Source: Thermoplasmatota archaeon (GTDB lineage Archaea > Thermoplasmatota > JAKEGO01). From it: a stretch of 64,000 nucleotides of DNA. The stretch is taken from contig JANQNK010000003.1 of assembly GCA_028279595.1 (NCBI GenBank), positions 1 to 64,000 on the forward strand, given 5' to 3'. Positions within the stretch are counted from its first letter, which is position 1, and each line of letters opens with the position of its first letter. This document shows, in pieces, positions 52,701-61,413 of this stretch. The notes under the pieces were generated by a model, which was not told the origin of the DNA, did no database searches, and saw nothing but the letters and a program-made list of their open reading frames with translations. The position numbers and the translations under genes were made by a program.

Positions 52701-52858
52701 GAGCCCGGATCCATCCTGATACCGAGGATGTCAATGTCGCGCTGATCGCAGAGAAGACCCAGACAGGCACCTCGTTCATGCCCGGGACAGCAGCCCTTGC
52801 CGTGGCGGCCGTCGCTGCCTCTGCAGTGATATGTCATGTCAGAAAGGATGAGGACTGA
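46772..52858 (+). CDS. 2028-aa surface protein: beta-helix, LamG, 21 propeller-like repeats, second beta-helix, Ig-like domain, C-terminal anchor
   Basis: Signal peptide and VDDDGGGWADFTTVQDA. LamG halves LIGEWSMDE..FDGSDD..TLEAW and WNHVAMTYD..LYING..IDEVRL. Repeats EFDT...P.I.HVSGD.(Y/F)AVAYRG...DGF. Ends SFMPG-hydrophobic-RK. Confidence 0.85.
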   Translation: MRAVAVDRALCICMCFGIVLLFLGTVTAVTRIVDDDGGGWADFTTVQDAVDASSNGDRIRIFTGTYVENVDVDVPVTIIGNGTGAVTIDGDGSGDSLLLSADWINVSGLRTSQADGYPNAGIHITGDNCNVSGVLTRDNYFGIFIDGATDCAIHSCEVRDNYGSGIHLQESHGNTIWGNTIVDNNLVTPSDADLIGEWSMDEASWTGTPDEVTDTSGSDLHGTSSGGVDTSATSIAGRSGRFDGSDDLVTVGDDPALDITTEMTLEAWMYAEGDVASGDIHFPYFEFDYSSSAYPDILHLDGRLYAVLYTGPGSDGFVRTLWLSDNGVIEVADSYEFDNSYGGYPSAVKVTDGIIAVAYQGPGNDGFLATIGYSSDGTITTPVINSVEFHTSDGRTPDIIHVSGDVYAIAFRGPGSDGFIITYEIASDGTITTPAIDQYEYDTSSGEYPDMVHVAGDVFAVVYQGASDDGFVRTIEIASDGTITTPYIDSYEFDTTYTGLPRIVQVSGDTFAVTHRSSSLQGYLRTLDIASNGTISGQLDSLVFDSNMCYAPVPIHMTGDIFAVVYRGPGDDGWTVTLDIPSNGDLSAGLTDRFEFEPSTAIYGEPIRLADGMVAVAFRGPGSDGFISTFAIDGSGTMSGHRAVLEASSAYESSAVHVSGEVYAVAFRGAFSTGRLVTVTIADNGTMGAVVDTVFFQDEYAVNPNLIHISGTTYAIAHTGPGNLGDLITIDIAADGNIGASPLDSYRFDTSYCYKPDLLHVSGDIYAVAYEGRSSDGYVRTLEIASNGTIAQSAVDSYEFHTSNGRDPSIAHVSGDVYILAFRSGGNDGFVRTFDMASDGNIGGTIDTYEFDTSNGYDPDIIHIAGDTYAVAYQGSGSDGFIRTIEVETDGDIDTPYNDSLEYDTSAGRTPDIFRIDGDTFGIAYRGSSDDGFVRTMDIAVDGSISAVVDTLEFDTSDGGEPCVLMLSSGVYAAFYRGGDIDGKVASMDISDAGAVGGVIDTLAFEADSMRMPRFIHISGDVYAIAYTGANSAGFVSTITMDSDGKVSSGPIDRLMFEAGTCYEPSIVHVSGDHFAIAYRGPDNDGFVTTVEISTDGSIPGMDDVLEFTTAECYEPSIVHVSGEYFAVAFRGNGNDGFIVTLEISSTGMILSTVDILEFDTVDGYWPDIVHVAGDTFAVAARGQGGDGFVTTVGIATDGTISGVIDALEFDTSECNYPDLFHVTANLFAVAYRGSGNDGFIRSFTIYPNGTLGPTLDTFEFDTSECAHPEVVLMSGSLFAIAYQGSGSDGFVTTIMISSDGAISDPYLDRFEFDVSEGREPCIVRLSSSNFAVAYRGSYMVGYVISGGLIDLTGIKGITKSEAYGIHTDTGLAYCTLNGNTLSGPVVPGWNHVAMTYDRTALSDQHRLYINGILVDTANGNDPIDTNSADLRMGDSFWGYIDEVRLHDAALDPDVLRADVSAGIHLWLSENNTIAFNDIDGNRFGIRSEGSWNEVVRNNNITSNTYSGILYTRDCGDNSVLYNIIDGNGDGIVVNGTGNVNATRNYWGSPGGPSGSGPGSGDSVSGNVDYGPWYATVTTTPSREFHNLSKGSTDIALSDSISGVMSAAEAGDVLTIGAGTFSENIVISVSMTVRGGGSTVSTISPAAGDTVTVSAANVRIDNLTLSGSGDTIVAGSQPGLVIRDSVITSTGGFAVNVTGAQDVNASYNHWGTISQSVIESGIYDSNDNPVLGTVSIAPWYNAAMDTLFTPDGDPPTTSMTIGDPNFGTDPILVLPTTRFTLTADDGAGSGVNITVYHLDGGAPVTYTNPFAVAALGDHTIGYYSIDLLGNVEAVHTLNITVDDTVPSSIYPDLQLSIATTPEYVTLIDRNITVIAGVYNYGNFTRTGDYTYTDPETGGVVSATTDDIFIIFEYSDDGAVWTEFAYRRIDSSDVRPGGTGVGMANHMVTSDDRLEFRATIWYEPNDATGQYEPTNALGARIHPDTEDVNVALIAEKTQTGTSFMPGTAALAVAAVAASAVICHVRKDED
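47621..50830 (+). repeat. 21 tandem coding repeats of about 51-52 aa (about 153-156 bp)
   Basis: Counted by eye in the translation of ORF 46772..52858. Confidence 0.85.
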
Positions 52859-52862
52859 CTAT

Positions 52863-53645
52863 TCACGAATCGATACCGTCGATGAACTCCCGCAGGGCAT
52901 CGGCCGTCTCAACGGGCCTCTCGATGGACGGTGAATGGCCGCAGTCCTCCATGACGACCCTTCTGGACCCCTTTATCCCCTCGAGCAGGGCGTCCGAGTG
53001 GTAGAACCTGAGCATCCTGTCCTCAGTTCCGTGAATGATCAGTGTCGGTGTCTCGATCTCATTCAACCTGTCGTTCGTGGACCATCTGACCATTCCCTTG
53101 ATGCAGCCCCTGAGCCTGGTCTTCCTGTGGTTCACGACGATCTCGTCCAGGAGCTTGAGTCCCCGTTCGGGCGTCCTGGCTGCATTGACCGCATAGCGCC
53201 TCCCGAACCATCTCATGCACGGTTTGAAACCGAATACATACATGAGCGGCGACAGGGGGACCAGGACCCACCAGTTCTTCTCCCTCTTCGGCACAGAGGT
53301 GGTGTCCATCAGGACGATGCCTGCTGCGGCCCTGGGGTGCGCGAGGACGATCTCCTGCGTCGTCATCCCTCCCATCGAGTGGCCGCAGATCACCGGTCGG
53401 ATGTCGAGCTCCACAATGAGGTCGTGGACCGTGTCGGCAAGGTCCGGGGGTCTGCATGGCACCTCCTTCCCGAGCTCCATCGACTCGCCGAAACCTGGCA
53501 GGTCCACCGCCACGCATCTGTAACCGTCAAGGAGTTCCGTCACCTCTTCGAAATAACGGGTACACGCGCCCCATCCATGGATGAACAGGATGACAGGGCC
53601 TTCGCCACCTGTGTCCGTGTAGAACATGCCTGAACGTGCTCGCAT
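52863..53645 (-). CDS. Alpha/beta fold hydrolase
   Basis: FIHGWG, DLPGFGES, GHSMGG, GTED, CGHSP. Start placed at ATG 53645. Confidence 0.92.
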   Translation of the reverse strand: MRARSGMFYTDTGGEGPVILFIHGWGACTRYFEEVTELLDGYRCVAVDLPGFGESMELGKEVPCRPPDLADTVHDLIVELDIRPVICGHSMGGMTTQEIVLAHPRAAAGIVLMDTTSVPKREKNWWVLVPLSPLMYVFGFKPCMRWFGRRYAVNAARTPERGLKLLDEIVVNHRKTRLRGCIKGMVRWSTNDRLNEIETPTLIIHGTEDRMLRFYHSDALLEGIKGSRRVVMEDCGHSPSIERPVETADALREFIDGIDS

Positions 53646-53773
53646 GTTGTCGGGTACTGTCAATGCAATGAAAAGGGTTCCGCTCCTGCGGGACCGAAGC
53701 GGGAATGCCTGACTGCCTGACATGTCATCGATAACCCTTTAAAACAAGGTCTCCATTGCACGGCGGGGTATCG

Positions 53774-55147
53774 ATGGACTTGGATATCGACAGGACGATG
53801 AACGCCGCCCTGAAGGCGGATGTAGAGTACTGCGACGTCAGGATGGAATCCACCTCCGGACTGAACATCGAGATGCGCGACAGGACGGTCGAGAAGGCCG
53901 TCCACGGGATCCAGGAGGGCATGGCCATCCGGGTCCTCAAGGGAGGCGCATGGGGCTTCTTCTCGACGAACCTTCCAATGGACGGCGGGGAGATGGTCGA
54001 GAGGGCGGTCATGAACGCCGAGGTCGTGCAGAACGGCGACGCGATCATCGCCGAGGTGACGCCCGAGACCGGCGAGGTCAGCCTCCCGGTGAAGGTCAAC
54101 CCGTTGGACGTACCGATCGAGGAAAAGCTCTCGTTCCTCAACGACCTCGTGGGATCGGTCCTCGGTGTCGAGAAGGCTTCGTCCGTCCAGATCACCTACG
54201 ACGACGGTGTGAGGAACGTCCATATCGCAAGCACCGAGGGTACAGACGTCCGGAGCCAGGTCACAACGACCATGGCGCAGGCGAACGTCACCGCAAGGGA
54301 CGGCTCGGAGATGGTAGGCTACCGCCTCCGCGTCGGAGGGACCCAGGGCTTCGAGATGCTCGACGACTCCGTGATCCAGGCGGGAGAGGAGACCGCAAGG
54401 AAGGCGGTATCCCTTCTGTCGGCCGGACATCCTCCATCAGGTTCATTCCCTATGATCACCGACCCGGAGCTCACCGGGGTCTTCGTCCACGAGGCAGTGG
54501 GACACGCGGTCGAAGCGGACCTCGTCGCCACTGGTGGGTCCATACTCGACGGCCGCCTCGGAGAGATGATCGGCCACGAGTCCGTTTACATCTACGACGA
54601 CCCCACCATTCCCGGGGCCTTCGGCAGCTTCCCCTTCGATCACGAGGGTGTTCGCAGCAAGAGGAAGGACATCATCGTTGACGGCCAGTTGATGGATTTC
54701 ATCAACAACAGGGAGACCGCCGCAAGGCTCGGCATACCCGTCAACGGAGGTTCCCGCGCCATGAGCTACGGCGTCAGACCCATCGTCAGGATGAGCAACA
54801 CGATGATGGGACCGGGCGATATGACCCTCGAGGAGCTCATCGAGGGCGTCAAGTACGGCGTTATCGCCAAGGGCACCCGCGGAGGTCACGTCGACACGGA
54901 GAAGGGCACCTTCCAGTTCAGCGCCTCGGAGGCTCATCTCATCGAGAAGGGTGAGCTCACCGAGGTCCTGCGCGACGTCTCCCTGACGGGGGACATCCTC
55001 AGCACCCTGAAGGACATCGACGGGATGACGAAGGAGACGATCCTCGGTCAGCCAGGGTTCTGCGGGAAGGGCGACATGCAGATCGTCCCCGTCGGCGACG
55101 GTGGACCGTTCGTCAGGTTCAAGAACGTCATGATAGGGGGTCGATAG
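53774..55147 (+). CDS. tldD: TldD family metalloprotease
   Basis: VHEAVGHAVEAD zinc motif, FDHEG, VRMSNT, CGKG..Q.VPVGDGGP. Confidence 0.95.
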   Translation: MDLDIDRTMNAALKADVEYCDVRMESTSGLNIEMRDRTVEKAVHGIQEGMAIRVLKGGAWGFFSTNLPMDGGEMVERAVMNAEVVQNGDAIIAEVTPETGEVSLPVKVNPLDVPIEEKLSFLNDLVGSVLGVEKASSVQITYDDGVRNVHIASTEGTDVRSQVTTTMAQANVTARDGSEMVGYRLRVGGTQGFEMLDDSVIQAGEETARKAVSLLSAGHPPSGSFPMITDPELTGVFVHEAVGHAVEADLVATGGSILDGRLGEMIGHESVYIYDDPTIPGAFGSFPFDHEGVRSKRKDIIVDGQLMDFINNRETAARLGIPVNGGSRAMSYGVRPIVRMSNTMMGPGDMTLEELIEGVKYGVIAKGTRGGHVDTEKGTFQFSASEAHLIEKGELTEVLRDVSLTGDILSTLKDIDGMTKETILGQPGFCGKGDMQIVPVGDGGPFVRFKNVMIGGR

Positions 55148-55148
55148 A

Positions 55149-56513
55149 ATGCCCCTGTACACGATCGATGAGCTGATCGGGACCGCCGACGATGTCATTG
55201 CCAGATGGAGGGACAGGCTGGACGGCCTCGAGCTCTTCATGCTCAGACATCACGGCAATTCCGTATCCGCCGAGAAGGACAACATAGTGCGCTCGACGGG
55301 CAACGATGAGTTCGGCATCGGGATCCGGGCCGTGTCCGACGGCAAGCTCGGATTCTCCTACTGTACCGATCCAGGAACGATCGACGCTGCTGTCGATTCC
55401 GCCATCTCCCTGTCACGGCTTGGACCCGAGGTCTCGGACCCGTTCAGGCCCTCCAGCGAGACCGACGTGCCGGACCTGTTCGACAATCGGACGTCGGAGA
55501 TCGGTGTCGAGGAGTTGAGGGACACGGTCCAGTCGCTCATCGACGGCGCGAAAGGGATCGACAGCGAGGTGATAGTGACCTCTGGCGGAGCGAGCGCATT
55601 CGTCGAGGAGATAGTGATCGCGAACACCGCTGGCCCCGCGGTCTCGCACAAGGGTACGTACGCCTCCGTGGGACTGGGCACCCTCTACAAGAGCGACCCC
55701 CCGGCGACAGGTTTCGACGGTACAGTGTCCCGAAGGGCTGACGCTGATGCAGCGGAGCTCGCCGAGAGGGCGGTCGAGATGGCCCGGATGAGCATGGACC
55801 CCGTCAAGGACAAGGGTGGTGCGAGGACCATCGTACTGAGGCACTCCGCCCTCTCCGACATCCTCGAGTTCACGCTCTATCCTGCACTGATCGGGGGTAC
55901 CGCCCTCAAGGGCAATTCGATATTCAGCGAGAGGATCGGCCATAGCATCGGATCCGAGGTCCTGACGATCACCGATGTCCAGGACATGCCCGGGGGATGC
56001 GGAGCCTCACCCTTCGATGACGAGGGAATGGCTTCGAGGAGACTGCCCCTCATCGAGAAGGGCGTTCTCAAGGCATATCTGCACGACCAGGGGAGCGCAC
56101 AGGAGCACGGGGAAGAGAGCACCGCGAGCGCCAAGAGGAGCGAGAGATGGTCGTCCTCCAGGTCGTTCAGGGCGCCTCCGGCGCCGCGGACCAGGAACGT
56201 GTTCGTCGACGGCACTGTTGACGACGTCGTGGCCGAGGTCGACGACGGCATCTTCGTCGTTGCGGTCATGGGGGCACACACCTCCAACCCGGTGTCGGGC
56301 GACTTCTCCCTGAACACGAACATAGCTTTCAAGATCGAGAAGGGTGAGATCACGGACGCGCTGAGACCCATGATGATCGCCGGGAACATCACCGATGTCC
56401 TGAATGGGACGTCTATGGTCGGAAGTGACCACCATTTCCACGCTGGCTCCATGTCGGCCGTGGGTGGATACCTCCCTTCGATCGTCGTCGACGGACTGAA
56501 CGTCACAAGCTGA
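55149..56513 (+). CDS. tldE: TldE/PmbA family protein
   Basis: FDDEG, HTSNPVSGDFS, IAGN. No HExxxH motif. Adjacent to tldD. Confidence 0.92.
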   Translation: MPLYTIDELIGTADDVIARWRDRLDGLELFMLRHHGNSVSAEKDNIVRSTGNDEFGIGIRAVSDGKLGFSYCTDPGTIDAAVDSAISLSRLGPEVSDPFRPSSETDVPDLFDNRTSEIGVEELRDTVQSLIDGAKGIDSEVIVTSGGASAFVEEIVIANTAGPAVSHKGTYASVGLGTLYKSDPPATGFDGTVSRRADADAAELAERAVEMARMSMDPVKDKGGARTIVLRHSALSDILEFTLYPALIGGTALKGNSIFSERIGHSIGSEVLTITDVQDMPGGCGASPFDDEGMASRRLPLIEKGVLKAYLHDQGSAQEHGEESTASAKRSERWSSSRSFRAPPAPRTRNVFVDGTVDDVVAEVDDGIFVVAVMGAHTSNPVSGDFSLNTNIAFKIEKGEITDALRPMMIAGNITDVLNGTSMVGSDHHFHAGSMSAVGGYLPSIVVDGLNVTS

Positions 56514-56527
56514 GGAGGAATGTTAAC

Positions 56528-57241
56528 ATGACAGAATGGAAGAGGGACCGCGAGGCCGTGGACAAGTGCATGGGCGACATCAACGAGCAGCTCGGCCTCT
56601 GGGTCAAGGGCGGAAAGGTCCTGGACCTCGGAGGCGGAAAGGGATGGTCGCTGAACAGGATCGAGGCCGAATCGAAGGTGATCGTCGACCTGGACCTCGA
56701 CGAGCTGGTACAGTCCAAGTTCGAGACGGTCCACGGGAACGTCCTCGACCTTCCATTTTCGAACGGGACCTTCGACAGTGTCATCGCTCGCGGGGTGCTT
56801 CACCACGTCCCCAACGACCTCGAGAAGGCTCTGGACGAGGCCAGCAGGGTGCTCGTGGACGGCGGGATGCTGTTCGTGCAGGACCCAGGCGGGCTAAATC
56901 CTCCGGCATACTTCGCCCGCAACCTCTTCCCGACGGACATCCACGTCCCGGACGAGAAGCCCTTCGATCCGAGGTACCTGAGGGGCGAGATGGCCAAGCG
57001 GTTCGCCATCGTCGACGAGAGATATCACCATATCACGGGCTACCTTCTTCCGCATATGATCCCGCGGCTCGGACCGCTCGGTCCTGTCGTCCGGAGGAAC
57101 GCGGACCAGATCAGGATGATGGAGGACGCCCTCCTGAGGAGGTCCTCCCTTCTCCAGCCATACGCTGGATACGTCCAGTTCGTGGGCATCAAGAACCCCA
57201 TCTTACCTAACCCGCCCGTGGATGACGGAGGAGGGCTCTGA
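56528..57241 (+). CDS. Class I SAM-dependent methyltransferase
   Basis: VLDLGGGKG, LPFSNGTFDSV, VLHHV, RVLVDGG. Confidence 0.9.
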   Translation: MTEWKRDREAVDKCMGDINEQLGLWVKGGKVLDLGGGKGWSLNRIEAESKVIVDLDLDELVQSKFETVHGNVLDLPFSNGTFDSVIARGVLHHVPNDLEKALDEASRVLVDGGMLFVQDPGGLNPPAYFARNLFPTDIHVPDEKPFDPRYLRGEMAKRFAIVDERYHHITGYLLPHMIPRLGPLGPVVRRNADQIRMMEDALLRRSSLLQPYAGYVQFVGIKNPILPNPPVDDGGGL

Positions 57242-57763
57242 ATGCCGGAGCCCGGAATGGTCCACGTCTACACGGGTGCCGGCAAGGGGAAGACGACAGC
57301 CGCCCTCGGTCTTACGGTGAGAGCCCGCGGTCGAGGTCTGTCAGTGCTAATCGTCCAGTTCATGAAGGGGAACGTCGAGTACGGAGAGCTCGATCCCCTC
57401 AGGGACATCGGTGTCGAGATAGTCCAGTTCGGCAGGCCGGACTTCGTCGACCAGCACGATCCGGACCCCGTCGATGTCAAGATGGCCCAGGAAGGTCTGG
57501 ACTACGCCATCGACAGGATAGGCAGCGGCGATTACGATATGGTCGTCCTCGACGAGATCAACGTCGCGACATCGTGGAAACTGGTTTCCGTCGAGGACGT
57601 CCTGGACCTCATCGAGGGCAGGCCTGAGAAGGTCGAGCTGGTCCTGACCGGACGTTATGCACCCGAGGAGTTCATCGAGGCCGCCGACCTCGTCACCGAG
57701 ATGGTCGAGGTCAAACATTACTTCAGAAAGGGTACCGAGGCCCGGGACGGCGTCGAGCGCTGA
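57242..57763 (+). CDS. cobO: Cob(I)yrinic acid a,c-diamide adenosyltransferase (CobO/BtuR)
   Basis: VYTGAGKGKTTAALG, VQFMKG, VVLDEIN, VLTGR, ADLVTEM..VKH. Confidence 0.95.
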   Translation: MPEPGMVHVYTGAGKGKTTAALGLTVRARGRGLSVLIVQFMKGNVEYGELDPLRDIGVEIVQFGRPDFVDQHDPDPVDVKMAQEGLDYAIDRIGSGDYDMVVLDEINVATSWKLVSVEDVLDLIEGRPEKVELVLTGRYAPEEFIEAADLVTEMVEVKHYFRKGTEARDGVER

Positions 57764-57764
57764 A

Positions 57765-58538
57765 CTAGTTGATCACCATCAACAGGATGAAGGCCATTAT
57801 CGCGAAGAACGTTATCAGGACCACCGCCAGCCCCCACGCCGACTTGTTCGACACGCGGTCTATGACCCCGTCAGCCCAGTCGTCCATCATGGAGTCGTCC
57901 GACGGTGTGAACTCGTCCTCACCGTGGTAGGCGTAGCTCCTCTTGACGATCCCGGAATGCCCGGTGGACCCGTGCCTGTCTCGGTGGATGCTGTCGTAGT
58001 GCTTGAACTCCACCCGCTCGGTCTGTCTCTGGTACTTGGGTCCGTGGGGCGAGAACCTCTGCTTCTTGTACGTCGGGATGCGGCTGTACCGCTCGCCGTA
58101 CTTCTTCTTGACGCCCTCGGTGTAGGACGGGCTCTGGGAGACGAACCTGTCGTACCAGATCTGGGACAGCTCGCCGAACTTGTCGAAGTCGGTGTCCCGT
58201 CGGCGCCCTCTCTCCTTCCGTAGATCGGCCCTTCCCCCGACCCTCGTCACCCGTCCCGTGCCGGCCTTCGAGAACTTGGTCGGGTACTTCATCTCCTGGA
58301 ACTCATCGCCCGCCTTCTTCCTCTCCTCGCGGACCTTCCTGTCGTAGGCTCGCCTCTTGATGGGATCGGACAGTACCTGGTAGGCGTCGGAGACCTCGTC
58401 GAATCGGAGTTCTGCGTCGGCGCCCTTGTAGATGTCGGGATGGTATTTCCTGGCGGCCTTCCGGTATGCCTTCTTGATGGCATCCCGGGTGGCATCAGGC
58501 TTCAACCCGAGCACGGCGTAGTAGTCCTTCAGAAGCAC
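57765..58538 (-). CDS. J-domain (DnaJ class C) protein with C-terminal TM helix
   Basis: [33 protein letters not shown]. No zinc-finger or G/F region. Hydrophobic C-terminus. Confidence 0.85.
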   Translation of the reverse strand: MLLKDYYAVLGLKPDATRDAIKKAYRKAARKYHPDIYKGADAELRFDEVSDAYQVLSDPIKRRAYDRKVREERKKAGDEFQEMKYPTKFSKAGTGRVTRVGGRADLRKERGRRRDTDFDKFGELSQIWYDRFVSQSPSYTEGVKKKYGERYSRIPTYKKQRFSPHGPKYQRQTERVEFKHYDSIHRDRHGSTGHSGIVKRSYAYHGEDEFTPSDDSMMDDWADGVIDRVSNKSAWGLAVVLITFFAIMAFILLMVIN

Positions 58539-58602
58539 ACCCTCATCCTTTCGTGGATTACGAATGGGATGAAGTCTATAAAAACTGTGTGCCGTCGATG
58601 GA

Positions 58603-59052
58603 TCAGACCGAGAGTTCCGTGGTTCCCCTCATCTCCTCCGCGAGCTCCTCCAGCTTCTCAAGGATATTCCCGTCGGTCAGTGCGAGGATCCTTGCCGCCA
58701 GGATGGCGGCGTTCTTGCCATTGTCGAGCCCGACCGCTCCCACTGGTATCCCAGGGGGCATCTGGACGATGGAGAGGATAGAATCCATGTTGACCTTCCC
58801 AGAGACGGGGATCCCGACGACAGGCTTATGGGTGTGGGCGGCCACGACTCCGGGGAGCGCGGCGGAAAGCCCGGCTATCGCTATGAAGACGTCTGCTTCC
58901 GATCCCGTGACAATGGCATGGACGGAACCAGGGTCCCTGTGCGCTGACGCGACCGACACCTGGTATCCTATACCCAGACGGTCCAGCATGGCCGTGGCCT
59001 TCTCTGCGACCTTCATGTCCGATTTGCTTCCCATGATTATGTGTACGCCCAT
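58603..59052 (-). CDS. purE: AIR carboxylase / N5-CAIR mutase
   Basis: [32 protein letters not shown]. Confidence 0.95.
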   Translation of the reverse strand: MGVHIIMGSKSDMKVAEKATAMLDRLGIGYQVSVASAHRDPGSVHAIVTGSEADVFIAIAGLSAALPGVVAAHTHKPVVGIPVSGKVNMDSILSIVQMPPGIPVGAVGLDNGKNAAILAARILALTDGNILEKLEELAEEMRGTTELSV

Positions 59053-59062
59053 GGCAAACACC

Positions 59063-60013
59063 TCAAGCGACCCTCATGACCATCTCCGGGGTCAGTCCCT
59101 TCTCCGTTATCGAGTAGAATAGGATGGCGTTCTTGTCCGGTCTGTTCCTGACCTTCTTGATGATGAGACGGTTCTCGAAGGTGGAACCGACACGGGAGAT
59201 CTCCAGTTCGACGACGATGTCGCACGCTGCCTGGAGCGCGTGCTCGATCCTCGTTTCCCAGGAGTCCTTGACGGATGTCAACAGGAGTGTCCCTCCCTGG
59301 CTCTGGACGTAGGCCTTCAGGGACCTTAGCCCCGCGATGACCTCCTCGTGCGGATAGTGCTCCAGGAAGAAATCGACCGAATCGATGATTATCCTGAACG
59401 GCGGCTGGAGGGATGTGGCGTCGTAGAGGAGCTCGTCCAGGAAGTTGATGCTCCTGTACTCGTCGAGCTCGATCTCCTCTGTCATGTCCATCTCGGCGAT
59501 GTCCGATATCGTGATGCCGTCCCTCTGTAACTTTGCGACCTCCAGCTCCTTCTGGAGGACCTTCTCGTAATACTGGGTGAAGATGTCGACGATGGTCATG
59601 TTGGTCGGCCAGTCGAAGTACTTCATCGTGGCGATGACCTCTCCGGCGCTCTCGTTGGTAGCGTAGTAGATGACGTTCTCAGCACCGATCCCTGCCATGG
59701 CGAACTGCTTGGCCAGGAGCTCGAATCCGGATCCCGGGGTACCCATGCCAAGCATCGAGTATCCCCTCGGTATGCCGTTCATGAGCAGGTCGTCCAGCTT
59801 CTCGATGCCGGTCGGAAGTACGTCGTCGAGGTCGAGCTGGGGAAGGGGTTTCGACTCGCCCTCCTCCTCGTCGGAGGGAGCGACATCCGTAGAAAGCGCG
59901 GTCTCCTCTGCCTGCTTCTCGATATCCTCACCCGAGACCCTCTCGAGCTTTCCCTTGCCACGCTTCTTCCATCGCTCGAGAATCTCGCTTATGTCCTTCT
60001 TGCTGCTGGACAT
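59063..60013 (-). CDS. KaiC/RAD55-like RecA-superfamily protein with degenerate Walker A
   Basis: PTGIEKLDDLL.NGIP, GTPGSGFE, IIIDS, IKKVRN. Confidence 0.85.
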   Translation of the reverse strand: MSSSKKDISEILERWKKRGKGKLERVSGEDIEKQAEETALSTDVAPSDEEEGESKPLPQLDLDDVLPTGIEKLDDLLMNGIPRGYSMLGMGTPGSGFELLAKQFAMAGIGAENVIYYATNESAGEVIATMKYFDWPTNMTIVDIFTQYYEKVLQKELEVAKLQRDGITISDIAEMDMTEEIELDEYRSINFLDELLYDATSLQPPFRIIIDSVDFFLEHYPHEEVIAGLRSLKAYVQSQGGTLLLTSVKDSWETRIEHALQAACDIVVELEISRVGSTFENRLIIKKVRNRPDKNAILFYSITEKGLTPEMVMRVA

Positions 60014-60022
60014 CGGACCACC

Positions 60023-60832
60023 TCATTCGTCGTCTTCGTCCTCGTCATCATCGTCCCCGCCGCGCCTGAACAATCCGAAGATAGTCTTCAGGATGGTCAC
60101 AGGGATCCAAAGGATGATCCTGATGATCCAAAGGACGAGGTCGATGACGGTCAGAATCAGCTTGAGTATGATGTTGGTCGGAGGTTTCCTGCTCTGCAGG
60201 AACTTCCACTGCTTGATCTCGAAGAATCCGACGGGCTCCATCTCCTCGGGCTCTGGCTTCGCCGCCTTCTTCTTCTTTTTCTTCTTCTTCTTTTTCTTGC
60301 CCTTCTTCGGCTTCTTGGGCTCCTCGGCCGCGACCTCCTCCACCTCCACCACCGGCTCTACGTCCGGGGTGGTCTCGGGTACATCCGGTACCGCAATGGA
60401 TTCGGGCTTTCCGACCTTGACCTTGGGGGCCACCGGGACTCCGAGTGACTCGCCGTACTTCTCCTTGAACTTCTTCTGGACGCCGGACTCGCCGCCCATC
60501 AGGTAGTCCATCTTGCGCTCGATCTCGGGGACCCTGGATGTGTCGACGGGAAGGTCGGGGACCTCGATCTCCTGCTCGACGACCGTGACGTCCTCGCTCA
60601 CGACCTCGAACTCCGGGACCTCTCCCTCCTCTTCTGTAACGGTCTCGAACTCCGCTGGCTCCGAGTCGCCGAGGGCGCGGGACAGTCTCGCCTCCTTCTT
60701 CTGGAGCTTGCGCTGTACCTTGGTCATCTTCTTCTCGAGCTTGCGATGCTTCTTGGAAGACTTCCGCTCACGCTTGAGAACCTTCTTCTCGTGTTTACGC
60801 TCCTTTTTCGCCTCTTTCCAGTTCTCTGCCAT
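60023..60832 (-). CDS. Hypothetical highly charged protein with a C-terminal membrane segment
   Basis: Start at MAENWKEAKK. K/R-rich coil, acidic middle, poly-Lys run, hydrophobic segment and acidic tail. Codon usage matches the core genes. Confidence 0.7.
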   Translation of the reverse strand: MAENWKEAKKERKHEKKVLKRERKSSKKHRKLEKKMTKVQRKLQKKEARLSRALGDSEPAEFETVTEEEGEVPEFEVVSEDVTVVEQEIEVPDLPVDTSRVPEIERKMDYLMGGESGVQKKFKEKYGESLGVPVAPKVKVGKPESIAVPDVPETTPDVEPVVEVEEVAAEEPKKPKKGKKKKKKKKKKKAAKPEPEEMEPVGFFEIKQWKFLQSRKPPTNIILKLILTVIDLVLWIIRIILWIPVTILKTIFGLFRRGGDDDDEDEDDE

Positions 60833-61037
60833 CGGAGTTTCCTCCCCAATCCAGATAGCCTTTCCGTACTTAATGCTTTTTGAGATTGACCGTACGATGC
60901 ACCATATGAAAAGATGCAGAAAGTTGCATTTCTCATCCGGTTTTTTCACATGCCTGGCCAATGATGATGGGTTCGCCTGACATCCCTGTCGAATCCTTAT
61001 ATATGTGCGCCGGGATATCCAACCCGAAGGTGCGACC

Positions 61038-61412
61038 ATGATGCCGGGAATGGGCAGGATGAATCCCCGCCAGATGAAGAAGATGCTCAAACGTCAGGGC
61101 ATCGACATCGACGAACTGGACGACGTGATCGAGGTTATCATCAGGATGCCCGACCGGACCCTCGTGTTCGACGCACCAGCAGTCACGATCATGAAGGTTC
61201 AGGGCCAGGCCACGTACCAGATAGTCGGCGACCCCAGGGAGTCCGCCGGCGGAGGAACGCCATCCGAGGCCGCCCCAGAACCGCCCGAGTTCCCCGAGGA
61301 CGACATCAGGCTCGTCGTCGACAACACCGACGCCGACCGCGAGAAGGCGATCGAGACGCTCCGCGAGTGCAACGGGAACCCGGCCGACGCAATCATCAAG
61401 CTGACGGGATAG
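61038..61412 (+). CDS. nac: Nascent polypeptide-associated complex protein
   Basis: MNPRQMKKMLKRQGID, V.EVII, YQIVG, EDDI.LV, UBA-like A..TL....G.PADAI. Confidence 0.95.
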   Translation: MMPGMGRMNPRQMKKMLKRQGIDIDELDDVIEVIIRMPDRTLVFDAPAVTIMKVQGQATYQIVGDPRESAGGGTPSEAAPEPPEFPEDDIRLVVDNTDADREKAIETLRECNGNPADAIIKLTG

Positions 61413-61413
61413 A

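Noticed and set aside
53774-57763. RiPP biosynthetic cluster (TldD/E plus methyltransferase)
   Set aside because: No precursor peptide, YcaO or radical SAM gene nearby. tldD/tldE pairs are common housekeeping genes in archaea.
60023-61090. 355-aa version of the ORF starting at 61090
   Set aside because: It would overlap nac and its promoter. The ATG at 60832 fits the composition better.
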